Assembly: GCA_964562445.1 (NCBI GenBank)
Contig: CAZLSZ010000004.1
Span: 448-64,447, forward strand
Direction: 5' to 3'
Source of the DNA: an uncultured Gammaproteobacteria bacterium
Lineage (GTDB): Bacteria; Patescibacteriota; Microgenomatia; Levybacterales; UBA12049
DNA length: 64,000 nucleotides
Of the stretch, positions 36,160 through 45,516 are shown one piece after another (the first letter of the stretch is position 1; each line of letters starts with the position of its first letter). Position numbers and translations under genes: made by a program. The notes beneath the pieces are model-generated. The model was not told where the DNA came from. It saw only the letters and a list, made by a program, of their open reading frames with translations, and made no database searches.

Positions 36160-36246
36160 ATGAAAGAATTAGTATTATTAATAGAAAAACAGATAAGACA
36201 GGTATTTAATTCATTCTTTACTGTCTTCTCAGCACCCATCCGATAA
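36160..36246 (+). CDS. 28-codon upstream ORF (MKELVLLIEKQIRQVFNSFFTVFSAPIR) with strong Shine-Dalgarno
   Basis: AAAGGAGGG at 36147-36155 lies 5 nt before the ATG. The ORF sits in the 393-bp leader of clpB and ends 17 nt before the CIRCE-like repeat. Confidence 0.25.
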   Translation: MKELVLLIEKQIRQVFNSFFTVFSAPIR

Positions 36247-36263
36247 TTGATTTTGCTGGGATT

Positions 36264-36299
36264 TTAGCACTTGACAAAATCAATTGCTAAATCTAAAAT
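36264..36299 (+). promoter_or_regulatory. CIRCE-like inverted repeat (TTAGCACTT-N9-AATTGCTAA) overlapping promoter TTGACA-N17-TAAAAT
   Basis: The element matches the HrcA operator consensus TTAGCACTC-N9-GAGTGCTAA at 15 of 18 positions. The -35 box is at 36271-36276 and the -10 at 36294-36299. The clpB ATG is at 36309. Confidence 0.45.
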
Positions 36300-36308
36300 A
36301 GACGTCAT

Positions 36309-38471
36309 ATGGATGGTTTACAAGATATGCTGAAGCCGGTTTCTCCGGAAGAAGCTTTAAAAAAATACACAATCAATCTTACAGATTCAGCAAAAAAAAA
36401 TAAGATTGACCCCGTTATCGGAAGAGAAGTTGAGATAAGACGTGTCATGGAAATTCTCTCCCGCCGCACAAAAAATAACCCTATACTCATTGGTGACCCA
36501 GGTGTCGGAAAGACAGCTATCGTGGAAGGTCTCGCACAAAAAATTATTTCAGGCAATGTCCCATCTCCCCTTAAAAATAAAGAAGTTATGGTATTAGATT
36601 TTGCGCAATTACTCGCAGGAGCAAAATTTCGAGGAGAATTTGAAGAACGATTTAAAGGGGTCGTAAAAGCGATTGAAGAATCAGAAGGGAAGTATATTAT
36701 CTTTATTGATGAATTGCATACCTTAGTCGGTGGCGGAAGTGCGGAAGGTTCTGTCGATGCCGCAAATATGCTCAAACCTGCTTTGGCTCGTGGAACGATG
36801 CGTATGATTGGGGCAACCACGGTTACGGAATACCGAAAATATATTGAGAAAGATCCCGCTCTTGCGAGACGTTTTCAGCCTGTGTTGGTCGATGAACCTA
36901 CCATTGAAGATACTATTTCAATATTGCGGGGGATAAAACAAAAATATGAAGTGCACCACGGTATCCGAATTACCGATGACGCGATTATTGCATCTGCAAG
37001 GTTGTCAGCGCAGTATATTCCGCAGCGTTTCTTACCTGATAAAGCAATTGATTTGATTGATGAAGCAGCTGCAGCAAATAAAATTGAAACGGAGAGTATG
37101 CCGGCAGAACTGGATGAATTGAAAAGGAAGATTACACAGGTTGAGATAGAGCTGGCAGCATTGAAGAAAGAAAAAAGTGAAATTTCCAAGAATCGCAAAG
37201 AACAACAGGAAAAAGAATTAGAAAAGTTAAAAATACAAGCGGCCTCACTTGAAGAAAATTGGAAAAAACAAAAAGAAACAATTCAAAAAATTCAGGAGAT
37301 GCGCGCGAAGTTGGACGCGTATCGTATGGAACTTGAACAATCAGAGCGTGATATCGATCTTCAGAAAGCAGCGGAATTAAAATACGGAAAAATACCGGAG
37401 CTGGAAAAGAAACTGCAAATATTGCAGGATGAATGGTTGCGCATCCCACAGGATCAGCGTGTTCTGCGTGAAGAAGTTTCTGAAGATGATATTGCAAAAG
37501 TGGTCTCGCGTTGGACTGGAATTCCCGTTACAAGGATGTTATCAACAGAAACAGAACGGCTGCTGACGTTAGAAGACGAAATGAAAAAACAAGTGATCGG
37601 ACAGGAGGAAGCAGTGACAGTAGTTGCTCGCGCCATTAGAAGAGCACGTTCAGGACTGGGGAGCAGAAATCGTCCTATCGGATCATTCTTATTTTTGGGT
37701 CCGACAGGTGTCGGAAAGACCGAAACGGCAAAATCCCTTGCCAGAATTCTTTTTAATGATGAACATGCAATGACTCGCATTGATATGAGTGAATATATGG
37801 AATCACATTCCGTGTCACGTCTCATCGGTGCTCCTCCCGGATATGTCGGATATGAAGAGGGAGGACAGCTTACAGAAGCCGTACGTCGCAAGCCGTATTC
37901 AGTTATCTTGCTTGATGAAATAGAAAAAGCGCACCCGCAGGTATTTAATCTCTTTCTCCAGATTTTTGATGAAGGAAGACTGACGGACAGTAAAGGTGTC
38001 CATGTGGATTTCCGTAATGCGATTATTATTATGACAAGTAATTTGGGGAGTGAGATTATTCAGGAAATGGCCGGAGATACTACTTCGAGTGCGGATAAGA
38101 AAAAAGAAGATATTCATAAAAAAGTGTGGGAACTCCTGCATAAATATCTGAAACCGGAATTCCTTAATCGTTTGGACAGTGTGGTAACGTTTAATCCATT
38201 GAGCGCGAAAGAAATTTTGCAAATCGCGCATTTGCAATTGCAAGAAGTACAAACAAGAATGCGTGAGAACGATATCGATTTGAAGATTACCGATGAGCTG
38301 GCTATGCATTTTGCGGAAGTCGGTTATGATCCTGCGTTTGGGGCTAGGCCCTTACGCCGTGCTATCGAAGAGAAATTGGTCGATGAAGTGGCATTTCGCA
38401 TCATTGAAGGAACGATAAAACCCGGTGATACGATTACTCCAAAAGTAAAGAATGGTAAAGTAGTGCTCTAA
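36309..38471 (+). CDS. clpB: ClpB disaggregase lacking the N-terminal domain (two AAA+ modules + coiled-coil M-domain)
   Basis: The protein begins at the linker ...IDPVIGREVEIRRV. NBD1 carries GDPGVGKT, a long coiled coil follows, and NBD2 carries GPTGVGKT. It is 720 aa against about 860 for full-length ClpB. Confidence 0.85.
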   Translation: MDGLQDMLKPVSPEEALKKYTINLTDSAKKNKIDPVIGREVEIRRVMEILSRRTKNNPILIGDPGVGKTAIVEGLAQKIISGNVPSPLKNKEVMVLDFAQLLAGAKFRGEFEERFKGVVKAIEESEGKYIIFIDELHTLVGGGSAEGSVDAANMLKPALARGTMRMIGATTVTEYRKYIEKDPALARRFQPVLVDEPTIEDTISILRGIKQKYEVHHGIRITDDAIIASARLSAQYIPQRFLPDKAIDLIDEAAAANKIETESMPAELDELKRKITQVEIELAALKKEKSEISKNRKEQQEKELEKLKIQAASLEENWKKQKETIQKIQEMRAKLDAYRMELEQSERDIDLQKAAELKYGKIPELEKKLQILQDEWLRIPQDQRVLREEVSEDDIAKVVSRWTGIPVTRMLSTETERLLTLEDEMKKQVIGQEEAVTVVARAIRRARSGLGSRNRPIGSFLFLGPTGVGKTETAKSLARILFNDEHAMTRIDMSEYMESHSVSRLIGAPPGYVGYEEGGQLTEAVRRKPYSVILLDEIEKAHPQVFNLFLQIFDEGRLTDSKGVHVDFRNAIIIMTSNLGSEIIQEMAGDTTSSADKKKEDIHKKVWELLHKYLKPEFLNRLDSVVTFNPLSAKEILQIAHLQLQEVQTRMRENDIDLKITDELAMHFAEVGYDPAFGARPLRRAIEEKLVDEVAFRIIEGTIKPGDTITPKVKNGKVVL

Positions 38472-38505
38472 TCTTTCGCGGGTATGGTACAATAAGCCTA
38501 CAAAT

Positions 38506-38715
38506 ATGTCAGATCCAGTTTCTTTTTCCCAAACACCATTTATAAAAGCAGCTTCAAAAGGTGCTGCACGCAGCGTGGATCTTTTCGGGAAGCTTGATGA
38601 AAATAATCCACTGCCTTTTGAGGAATCGGATAATGAAGCATTGAGAAAAGATTGGGAAAAAGTCGGACAGGATATCCGTCATGCAACAAAAAAATATGTC
38701 AGCGAAAAGAAGTAA
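38506..38715 (+). CDS. Small hypothetical protein
   Basis: A 69-aa acidic ORF with no recognised motif. Confidence 0.25.
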   Translation: MSDPVSFSQTPFIKAASKGAARSVDLFGKLDENNPLPFEESDNEALRKDWEKVGQDIRHATKKYVSEKK

Positions 38716-39166
38716 CATTACCAAATCTTCTGGAAGAAAGCCTGTGGTACGTTCCCGCATTAGCGCAACATATCGTGGCCCTATCCCCACAGCAACGGAA
38801 CTGCAAAAATATGAAAATGCCAGTCCTGGTGCGGCAGACCGGATTATCAAGATGGCAGAGGAACAGGCAAAACATCGGCAAATTCTGGAGAAACAAGTCG
38901 TTCAGTCAAATGTAGCGAATGAACGGTTGGGGATGCATTTTGCTTTTTTTCTGACAGTATTTATGGTAACTGTAGGGACCTATCTGATAATGAATGATAA
39001 GCCTGTCATCGGATTCTTTACTCTTTTTATCCCTAGCATTTTTCAAGCAGGGAACTATGTGTATACCAAATATCGTGAGCATCGTGAATCACAGGAACGG
39101 AAAGAGACAAGTGAAATAGAACACACTGAAGAGACAGAAACCACTAATAAAAAGTTGTTGGCATAA
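38681..39166 (+). CDS. DUF2335-like membrane protein (phage-associated family)
   Basis: YRGPIPTATELQKYENASPGAADRIIKMAEEQAKHRQ is followed by two TM helices. An alternative ATG lies at 38694. Confidence 0.4.
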   Translation: MQQKNMSAKRSNITKSSGRKPVVRSRISATYRGPIPTATELQKYENASPGAADRIIKMAEEQAKHRQILEKQVVQSNVANERLGMHFAFFLTVFMVTVGTYLIMNDKPVIGFFTLFIPSIFQAGNYVYTKYREHRESQERKETSEIEHTEETETTNKKLLA

Positions 39167-39170
39167 GATT

Positions 39171-39809
39171 ATGGAGAAAAAGCTTTGTAAAAAATGTGGA
39201 CAGGAATTGGAGATCCGATCGGTAAAAAAAACTGCTGCCCAGCAGAAAAAACCGTATTATTACACACACTATTTTTATTGTACAAAGTGTGCGAGTTTGT
39301 TTCATGATGATGAATTTAAAATAACTAATCCTCAGACCGTACCGCTTTCGTTTGACGGTGTTACAAAGACCGTTTATATAAAAGAAAAACGGCACGGAGG
39401 GTTTGACGCGGAAATCTGGACGGACGGGGCATGTGTTTATAATGGGACTCCTCGGGCAAAAGCTGCATGGGCGTTTGTTTCCGGGAAAGAGGAGCAGTTT
39501 GGTATTGTTGAGGGAGCACAAACGAATAATAGAGGGGAAGGATACGCGATATATTATGCGTTAAAGTGGGCAGGAGAGAGTGGTGCAAAAAAAATAAAAA
39601 TTTATACTGACAGCCAGATAAGTATTCACAGCGCAACAAAACACTTCTCCAAAGTTGTCGCAAATAGAGAAATATTTGAGTGTATTGCCAAGGTAATAGA
39701 ACAATATAATCTTGACGTCACGTATGAAAAAGTATTGGGACACTCCGGTGATATCAATAATGATCGGGCAGATGTCTTGGCGAACACCGCGGCAACAACC
39801 GCAAAATAA
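39171..39809 (+). CDS. rnhA: Ribonuclease HI with N-terminal zinc-ribbon
   Basis: The N-terminus carries CKKCGQ...CTKCAS. The RNase H core motifs are EIWTDGAC, GEGYAIY, IYTDSQ and NNDRADVLAN. Confidence 0.75.
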   Translation: MEKKLCKKCGQELEIRSVKKTAAQQKKPYYYTHYFYCTKCASLFHDDEFKITNPQTVPLSFDGVTKTVYIKEKRHGGFDAEIWTDGACVYNGTPRAKAAWAFVSGKEEQFGIVEGAQTNNRGEGYAIYYALKWAGESGAKKIKIYTDSQISIHSATKHFSKVVANREIFECIAKVIEQYNLDVTYEKVLGHSGDINNDRADVLANTAATTAK

Positions 39810-39849
39810 TTCTTACAACATTCTTGTCTCTATTTGCTAGTATAAACAT

Positions 39850-40257
39850 ATGATAAAAGCCTTATTGCGAAAAATTCTTCCTATAAGAAAAGCATATGCA
39901 CATTGTGATCTTCCTTGTGGTGTCTATGATCCCGCGCAGGCGAGAATTGAAGCTGAAAGTGTCCTTAAAATTATGGAGAAATATGCGGATTTGCATGATG
40001 ACGTGCAAAAAATACGCGCGATAGTCATCAAAGAACAGCGCGCGGAATTAGTGAAGCATCATCTTTGGGTATTGTGGACTGATTATTTTAAACCCGAACA
40101 TCTTGAAAAATTCCCCAACCTTCATGATCTTTTCTGGCGAGCTACAAAAGCGGCTGGAGAAACGAAAAAATCCGTTGACCCTAAGGATGGCGAAAAGCTA
40201 TTACAATTGATTGATGAGATCGCTGTTCTCTTTAAAAAGACAAAAGCTGCAAAATAG
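39850..40257 (+). CDS. sodN: Nickel superoxide dismutase precursor
   Basis: A 17-aa propeptide is followed by the Ni-hook HCDLPCGVYDPA. The mature length is about 118 aa. Confidence 0.8.
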   Translation: MIKALLRKILPIRKAYAHCDLPCGVYDPAQARIEAESVLKIMEKYADLHDDVQKIRAIVIKEQRAELVKHHLWVLWTDYFKPEHLEKFPNLHDLFWRATKAAGETKKSVDPKDGEKLLQLIDEIAVLFKKTKAAK

Positions 40258-40265
40258 ATCCTCTC

Positions 40266-40568
40266 ATGAATATTCTTTTTCACTTATTTCCTGTGTATCA
40301 ACTGCGCGTCACGGGGAAAAGTATGGAACCTACTCTTCATGACGGGCAGATAGTTTTGTTAAACAAACTTGCATATTTTTTTTCATTACCCAAGGAAAAG
40401 GATATTGTTGCATTGCGGGATCCTCGGGATAAAAAGATTCTGATTAAGCGAATTATAAAAAAAGAAAAAAATAAATTTTTTGTTCAGGGAGACAATAAAG
40501 CAGAGAGTACGGATAGCCGTAAATTTGGTATGATAGGGAAGAACGATATATTAGGGAAAGTTTTTTAA
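40266..40568 (+). CDS. sodX: NiSOD maturation peptidase (S26/S24-like, SodX)
   Basis: GKSMEPTL holds the Ser nucleophile and LIKRII the Lys general base. The gene sits immediately downstream of sodN. Confidence 0.65.
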   Translation: MNILFHLFPVYQLRVTGKSMEPTLHDGQIVLLNKLAYFFSLPKEKDIVALRDPRDKKILIKRIIKKEKNKFFVQGDNKAESTDSRKFGMIGKNDILGKVF

Positions 40569-40573
40569 AAGAT

Positions 40574-41101
40574 ATGGTTTTTTTGTTGGTTTTTATTATT
40601 ATAGTACTGCTGATAATTATGTTATCCATGGTTTGGCCTCCCGACAGTCCGTGGTCGCCGTGGTGGAGAACTTCACCCAGGATTGCTCGTATTCAATGTA
40701 CGCTTGCTAAGATAGGGAAAAATGATATTGTCTATGATCTTGGATCAGGAGAAGGTATCGCCCTTATGACTGCTGTGAAGGAATTCGGCGCGAAAAAAGG
40801 GGTAGGTGTTGAGATAGATCCGTTGCGTGTATCAAGCTCAAAAGCTGCAATCTATGCTGCAGGCCTTCAGGATAAAATTCGAATTGAAAGAAAAAATTTT
40901 TTTGATGTGGAGATCTCCGAGGCGACGGTTGTGATTATGTATCTCATCCCCCGAACCCTTGCCCGCCTCAAACCTAAGCTGATGAAGGAGCTCAAACCGG
41001 GCACACGAATTGTCACATTTGTCTACAAAATTGATTTACCCATGATCGCGAAAGATGAAGAGAATGAAGTATACGTGTATGAAATTCCCAAGAAAAAGTA
41101 G
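40574..41101 (+). CDS. Small class I SAM-dependent methyltransferase
   Basis: An N-terminal TM helix is followed by the SAM motif I DLGSGEGIA. Confidence 0.45.
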   Translation: MVFLLVFIIIVLLIIMLSMVWPPDSPWSPWWRTSPRIARIQCTLAKIGKNDIVYDLGSGEGIALMTAVKEFGAKKGVGVEIDPLRVSSSKAAIYAAGLQDKIRIERKNFFDVEISEATVVIMYLIPRTLARLKPKLMKELKPGTRIVTFVYKIDLPMIAKDEENEVYVYEIPKKK

Positions 41102-42127
41102 TTATTTTTTCTTTAATTTCAAATAAAGCCATCGTGCTTTGTCAGCCGCTTTAAACATTTTGTATAACGCAGGGTTAATGACCAGATCATAGCTGCCGAT
41201 AAATTCTATGTGATCCGGTCCAAATTTTTCTTTGAAATTGTGAAAGCCATACCACGGATCTGACGTGTCGGGTAGCATACTCATACTACCCCACATATCA
41301 AATTTTTTTAACCCAAGTTTTTTGCCAAATCTGATTCCTTCCCACATTGTGAGATTGGAATGCATCACATTTCGATGTTCGCTGCTTGATGCACCATACG
41401 GATAATATAATGTATCTTTGTAGACAAAAAAGAGATGCGTAGTTAATACTTTGTTATCGTACATTGCTGTGAGGAGGTGAGATGTGAGTTTATTTTTTTC
41501 AATAGTATGGGGAATGGTTGCAAATTGTTGCTCATGATAGTTTTTCGTGTGTGCGTAAAATTTTTGCCTTTTTGTTGTTTCTTCGGTAAGTTTCCAGTAT
41601 TGTTCAAACCCTTTTTTTGTAGTATCTTCTTTTACGATAACACCATGTTTATTCGCTACTTTTATGTTGTATCTTCCTTTCGGATGCATACTCCTCAGTA
41701 ATTCTTCTTCCGATTTTGTGAGATCGAGGAGAAAAGTGTATTTTGTAAAAAGCGGATGTGCGGCTTTTTGGAGTCCCAATTTTTGGTATGGGAATGGAGT
41801 ATTTTGCACCGATATGCCGTTTATTTTTTCGATAACATCCGGTTCAAGTTGTATATAAATGCAATTTTTTTCTTTTCCTATCTTCTTCAGCGTTTCAAGC
41901 ATCTCATTGTCGGGAAGATATCCTTTAGGGAGGTATCCTATGGTCCATTTTGTTTTTGGGATTCTGTGGATTGTTAACTGTATCGCAGCTCGGAGTTTCT
42001 TTTTAGTAAAAAAAGCGTGTCTTATTACTTTTATCCCTGTTTTCTCTCTGAATGTACCCCATTCGTAGCTCTGTAATGGATGATGTGTTACTGCGTTAAA
42101 TTCTTCAGGGGAGAATTGTTGTTCCAT
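41102..42127 (-). CDS. FemAB-family aminoacyl-tRNA-dependent peptidoglycan bridge-forming transferase
   Basis: The 341-aa protein has FemX-like features (LQSYEWGTF and LYYPYGASS...MWEGIRFGKKLGLKKFDMWG). Confidence 0.6.
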   Translation of the reverse strand: MEQQFSPEEFNAVTHHPLQSYEWGTFREKTGIKVIRHAFFTKKKLRAAIQLTIHRIPKTKWTIGYLPKGYLPDNEMLETLKKIGKEKNCIYIQLEPDVIEKINGISVQNTPFPYQKLGLQKAAHPLFTKYTFLLDLTKSEEELLRSMHPKGRYNIKVANKHGVIVKEDTTKKGFEQYWKLTEETTKRQKFYAHTKNYHEQQFATIPHTIEKNKLTSHLLTAMYDNKVLTTHLFFVYKDTLYYPYGASSSEHRNVMHSNLTMWEGIRFGKKLGLKKFDMWGSMSMLPDTSDPWYGFHNFKEKFGPDHIEFIGSYDLVINPALYKMFKAADKARWLYLKLKKK

Positions 42128-42144
42128 GATAGTATTGTATCATG

Positions 42145-42879
42145 TTATTCGGGCAGTGCTTCACTATTGCCGAATTTTTCCAATACAGCTTGTAATTCTT
42201 CAGGGGTAAGAGTCGCAATATTTATTTTTTCAGCTTTTGCGACGAGGACGCCTCGTAGAATTTTTTTTGCTTTCATCGCATCTTCTCTTTTTAATGCAGT
42301 GATTTTGATTTCCTTCGGTTCATTCATGCCAGGACTATTGGATTGCGGCATATATCGTATATACACTGTGCCCATAAAAAAGGCAGTTTGCACTTCTACA
42401 TCTGACAGGTCTTTTAATGTACAGCTATGAATTGCTTCTGTTGCAAACATTGTCTTTTCGATAATAGTAACTTTCGTCGTATCTATCGTAATGGTATCTG
42501 GGAATAGTTGGAAAGGGAAAAGAGATTTTGCACGAAGAAGTTCAATATCGTGTCTGTCCATGATATTTTCCAACTTTTGCTTATTTATTTCAGTATCTTT
42601 TGTTTGTACTTTAACAGCTTCTTTTTCACCCTCTTTTTCACCCTGATGTGTTGCTTCTTTTACCTCTGAAGGATTCATCGTCGATGTACTCTTTTCGGTG
42701 TTATTAAGTGCTTTCTCCACACCTTCTTTATATGCTTCTTTAATTACTTCTTTGTATTCTTCTTTTGTGAGCGTGACAGTTGGTTCCGATGTTTCTTTTG
42801 TATCTGATTGTAAAAAATCAGGAACAGCTGATTGATTAGCTTTTTGATTTTTGTCGCCAAAAAATGAAGTACTTTTCAT
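42145..42879 (-). CDS. Hypothetical protein (acidic/Lys-rich N-terminus, C-terminal PH-like domain)
   Basis: A 244-aa protein with no TM helix. The C-terminal part is of about 120 aa and beta-rich. Confidence 0.3.
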   Translation of the reverse strand: MKSTSFFGDKNQKANQSAVPDFLQSDTKETSEPTVTLTKEEYKEVIKEAYKEGVEKALNNTEKSTSTMNPSEVKEATHQGEKEGEKEAVKVQTKDTEINKQKLENIMDRHDIELLRAKSLFPFQLFPDTITIDTTKVTIIEKTMFATEAIHSCTLKDLSDVEVQTAFFMGTVYIRYMPQSNSPGMNEPKEIKITALKREDAMKAKKILRGVLVAKAEKINIATLTPEELQAVLEKFGNSEALPE

Positions 42880-42951
42880 ACGTATACATATCGTAGCATT
42901 TTTATACAGAAAGATTGTAATTGTAGAGTAAGAAGGATGTAAAGGATGAGT

Positions 42952-44802
42952 TTAAAAATAATCTCCGGATTTTTGATTGATAACGTGTTCGGGAAGTTCC
43001 AGAATGAACCGGGAAACAGTGTTCGTCGTTCGCTGTCCGAAAAAGAGTCGTCTTCTCGCGTAGGTAAAATATAACTTATGCTGCGCCCGTGTCATACCGA
43101 CATAACATAAACGCCGTTCTTCTTCGAGTTCCTGTTTGTCCATTAATGAGCGTGAATGGGGGAAAAGTCCTTCTTCCATCCCTATAAGAAACACGATAGG
43201 GAATTCAAGTCCTTTCGCGGCATGGATTGTCATAAGCGTGATAGCATTTTTCTCCGTTTTTGTTTCATTTTTTTCTGAGTGATATTCCTGCTCCACAAGT
43301 GCGACGTTTTCGAGGAAATCCGTGAGGTTGGGGAATTCTATAGCCACGGATCGTAGCTCCTTAATATTTTCCAACCGAGCTCGGTCTTCCTCGATTTTTT
43401 CATCATATAAATCAAGATAATTTGTTACCTGCAATATATGATCCAAAATATCAATCGTTTTTATTTCATTAAGAATTGCGTCTTCATCATTATCCGCGTT
43501 AGCCCTACTGACATTTTCGATATCTTTTATGTTTTCCTGATACTCGAGAAACTTTTTAAGCCGTATTTTTCCTATTTTTTCAATTCTCTTATAGGCGACC
43601 ATGTCTTTCGGATTATGGATGACACGCAGATACGATAAGACATCTTTAATTTCTTTTCTATCATAAAATCGTACGCCGCCGATAAGGATATATGGTAATC
43701 CGTGGTGGAGAAGTGCCTCCTCTATGATACGAGATTGGGCATTGGTACGATACAGCACTGCCACTTTATTTAGTTGCTTAAGTCCCAAATTTGCAATCGT
43801 CCGAAGGATAAAATCAGCCTCATCCTGTTCGTTTCCCGCTTCATAAATATCAATTTCCTCACCATCCGGATTTTGTGTCCATAATTGCAGGACAGGATGT
43901 CCAGTATTTTTTGCGATTACAGTTGATGCCCCATCAAGAATTTTTTGTGTAGAGCGGTAGTTCTGCGAAAGAGAAAATGTTTTTGTCCCTTGAAAATCGT
44001 CTTTGAAACGGATAAGATTTCGATAATCCGCACCTCTCCATGAGTAGATGCTCTGGGAGAAGTCTCCCACGACACAAATATTTTTCCATCGCGCGGCAAG
44101 CATTTTGGTCAATACATATTGTGCACGATTTGTGTCCTGATACTCATCAATGAGAATATATCTGAACTTACTTTGATACCGCTGCAACAGTACAGGGTTT
44201 TCCCGGAAGAGTTTTATTGTGTGAAGGATAAGATCATCAAAGTCCAGCGCGTCATTTGCACGTAGTACTGCCTGATAGACAGGATAAATCTTCGCGACGG
44301 TTTCTTGGAAGTATCCTCTCGCGAAATTAATATATTCCGTGGCGGTTAATAATTCATTTTTCGCGCCCGAAATTGTTGAGAGGACGGAGTATGGTTTAAA
44401 ATCTTTTGTGGATACATTGAGTTTTGCCATCGCTTCCTTGACTGCATCAAGCTGATCTTGAGAATCATAGATTACAAATTTGTTTGAAAAACCAAGATAT
44501 TTACTTTCGCGCCGCATTATTTTTGCACACATCGCATGAAATGTCGCGATCCAAGGAAGTTGTGTGTGATGGAGGGCTTTTTGCATACGATCTTTCATCT
44601 CTTTTGCGGCTTTATTGGTAAAAGTGATCATGAGAATTTCATCCGGTTCGATATGTTTCTCGGCAAGCAGGTACATCACTTTATAGGTGAGTACGCGGGT
44701 TTTTCCGGAGCCTGCGCCTGCGAGAATGATCATAGGTCCGTCTGTTGCTGTTACTGCTTTTTGTTGTTCAGGATTTAAATCCTTGAGTAGGGCATCTGAC
44801 AT
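42952..44802 (-). CDS. uvrD: UvrD/PcrA-family SF1 DNA helicase (short form)
   Basis: The probable start is MSDALLKDLNPEQQKAV at 44802; the listed start at 44841 extends upstream. Motifs AGAGSGKTRVL and VGMTRA are present. Confidence 0.8.
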   Translation of the reverse strand: MSDALLKDLNPEQQKAVTATDGPMIILAGAGSGKTRVLTYKVMYLLAEKHIEPDEILMITFTNKAAKEMKDRMQKALHHTQLPWIATFHAMCAKIMRRESKYLGFSNKFVIYDSQDQLDAVKEAMAKLNVSTKDFKPYSVLSTISGAKNELLTATEYINFARGYFQETVAKIYPVYQAVLRANDALDFDDLILHTIKLFRENPVLLQRYQSKFRYILIDEYQDTNRAQYVLTKMLAARWKNICVVGDFSQSIYSWRGADYRNLIRFKDDFQGTKTFSLSQNYRSTQKILDGASTVIAKNTGHPVLQLWTQNPDGEEIDIYEAGNEQDEADFILRTIANLGLKQLNKVAVLYRTNAQSRIIEEALLHHGLPYILIGGVRFYDRKEIKDVLSYLRVIHNPKDMVAYKRIEKIGKIRLKKFLEYQENIKDIENVSRANADNDEDAILNEIKTIDILDHILQVTNYLDLYDEKIEEDRARLENIKELRSVAIEFPNLTDFLENVALVEQEYHSEKNETKTEKNAITLMTIHAAKGLEFPIVFLIGMEEGLFPHSRSLMDKQELEEERRLCYVGMTRAQHKLYFTYARRRLFFGQRTTNTVSRFILELPEHVINQKSGDYF

Positions 44803-44849
44803 AGAGTATAATAGTTTAATATATATAGGGAGTACAATCATTGTATCAT

Positions 44850-45515
44850 ATGAAAAAGCTTTATATCATCGCTAATTGGAAATCAAATAAAACGACACAG
44901 GATGCAAAACAATGGCTTCATGATATCTCTTCATTTGGATTTCCCGACAAGGCAAAGAAGGAAATTATTATTTGTGCCTCCTATACATTGCTTCCTGCAA
45001 TGAAGAATGTTATTGATGAATTACACCTTCCCATTGCGCTTGCCGCCCAGAATATTTCCCCTTTTGATGAGGGGGCATATACGGGGGAAATAAACGGGAG
45101 ACAGATAAAAGAATTTGCTGATTATGTCCTTATCGGCCATTCTGAAAGAAGGCGTGAGTTCTATGAAGATGATATCCTTATTCAAAAGAAAGTTCAGATG
45201 GCCCGTCAGTATGATTTAAAACCTATTTTATGTGTTCTAGATGAGTCCACGCAGATTCCCGATGGTGTATCTATCGTCGCGTATGAGCTGGCATCAGCTA
45301 TAGGTACAGGAACACCTGATACTCCTGAAAGCGCGGAGCACGTGGCAGGAATAATCAAGAGTTCTCATCAGGGTGTGACTGCGACATTATACGGAGCAAG
45401 TGTCTCTCCTGAAAATACAAATTCCTTTACACAATGCTCTTCGATTGATGGAGTGTTAGTCGGTGGAGCAAGCCTGGACGTACAAAAATTTGTGCAGATT
45501 ATTTCTAACTCCTGA
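44850..45515 (+). CDS. tpiA: Triosephosphate isomerase
   Basis: MKKLYIIANWKSNKT is the likely N-terminus; the listed ORF start at 44841 is a TTG. IGHSERR is also present. Confidence 0.85.
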   Translation: MKKLYIIANWKSNKTTQDAKQWLHDISSFGFPDKAKKEIIICASYTLLPAMKNVIDELHLPIALAAQNISPFDEGAYTGEINGRQIKEFADYVLIGHSERRREFYEDDILIQKKVQMARQYDLKPILCVLDESTQIPDGVSIVAYELASAIGTGTPDTPESAEHVAGIIKSSHQGVTATLYGASVSPENTNSFTQCSSIDGVLVGGASLDVQKFVQIISNS

Positions 45516-45516
45516 T

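Noticed and set aside
36305-36820. 171-aa minus-strand ORF opposite the clpB 5' region
   Set aside because: It is antisense to the conserved ClpB NBD1 coding sequence and is a shadow ORF.
44841-44849. Apparent 1-nt head-to-head overlap of uvrD and tpiA starts
   Set aside because: Both listed starts are upstream extensions, a TTG for tpiA and an early ATG for uvrD. The conserved N-termini place the starts at 44802 and 44850, leaving a 47-bp AT-rich divergent promoter region.
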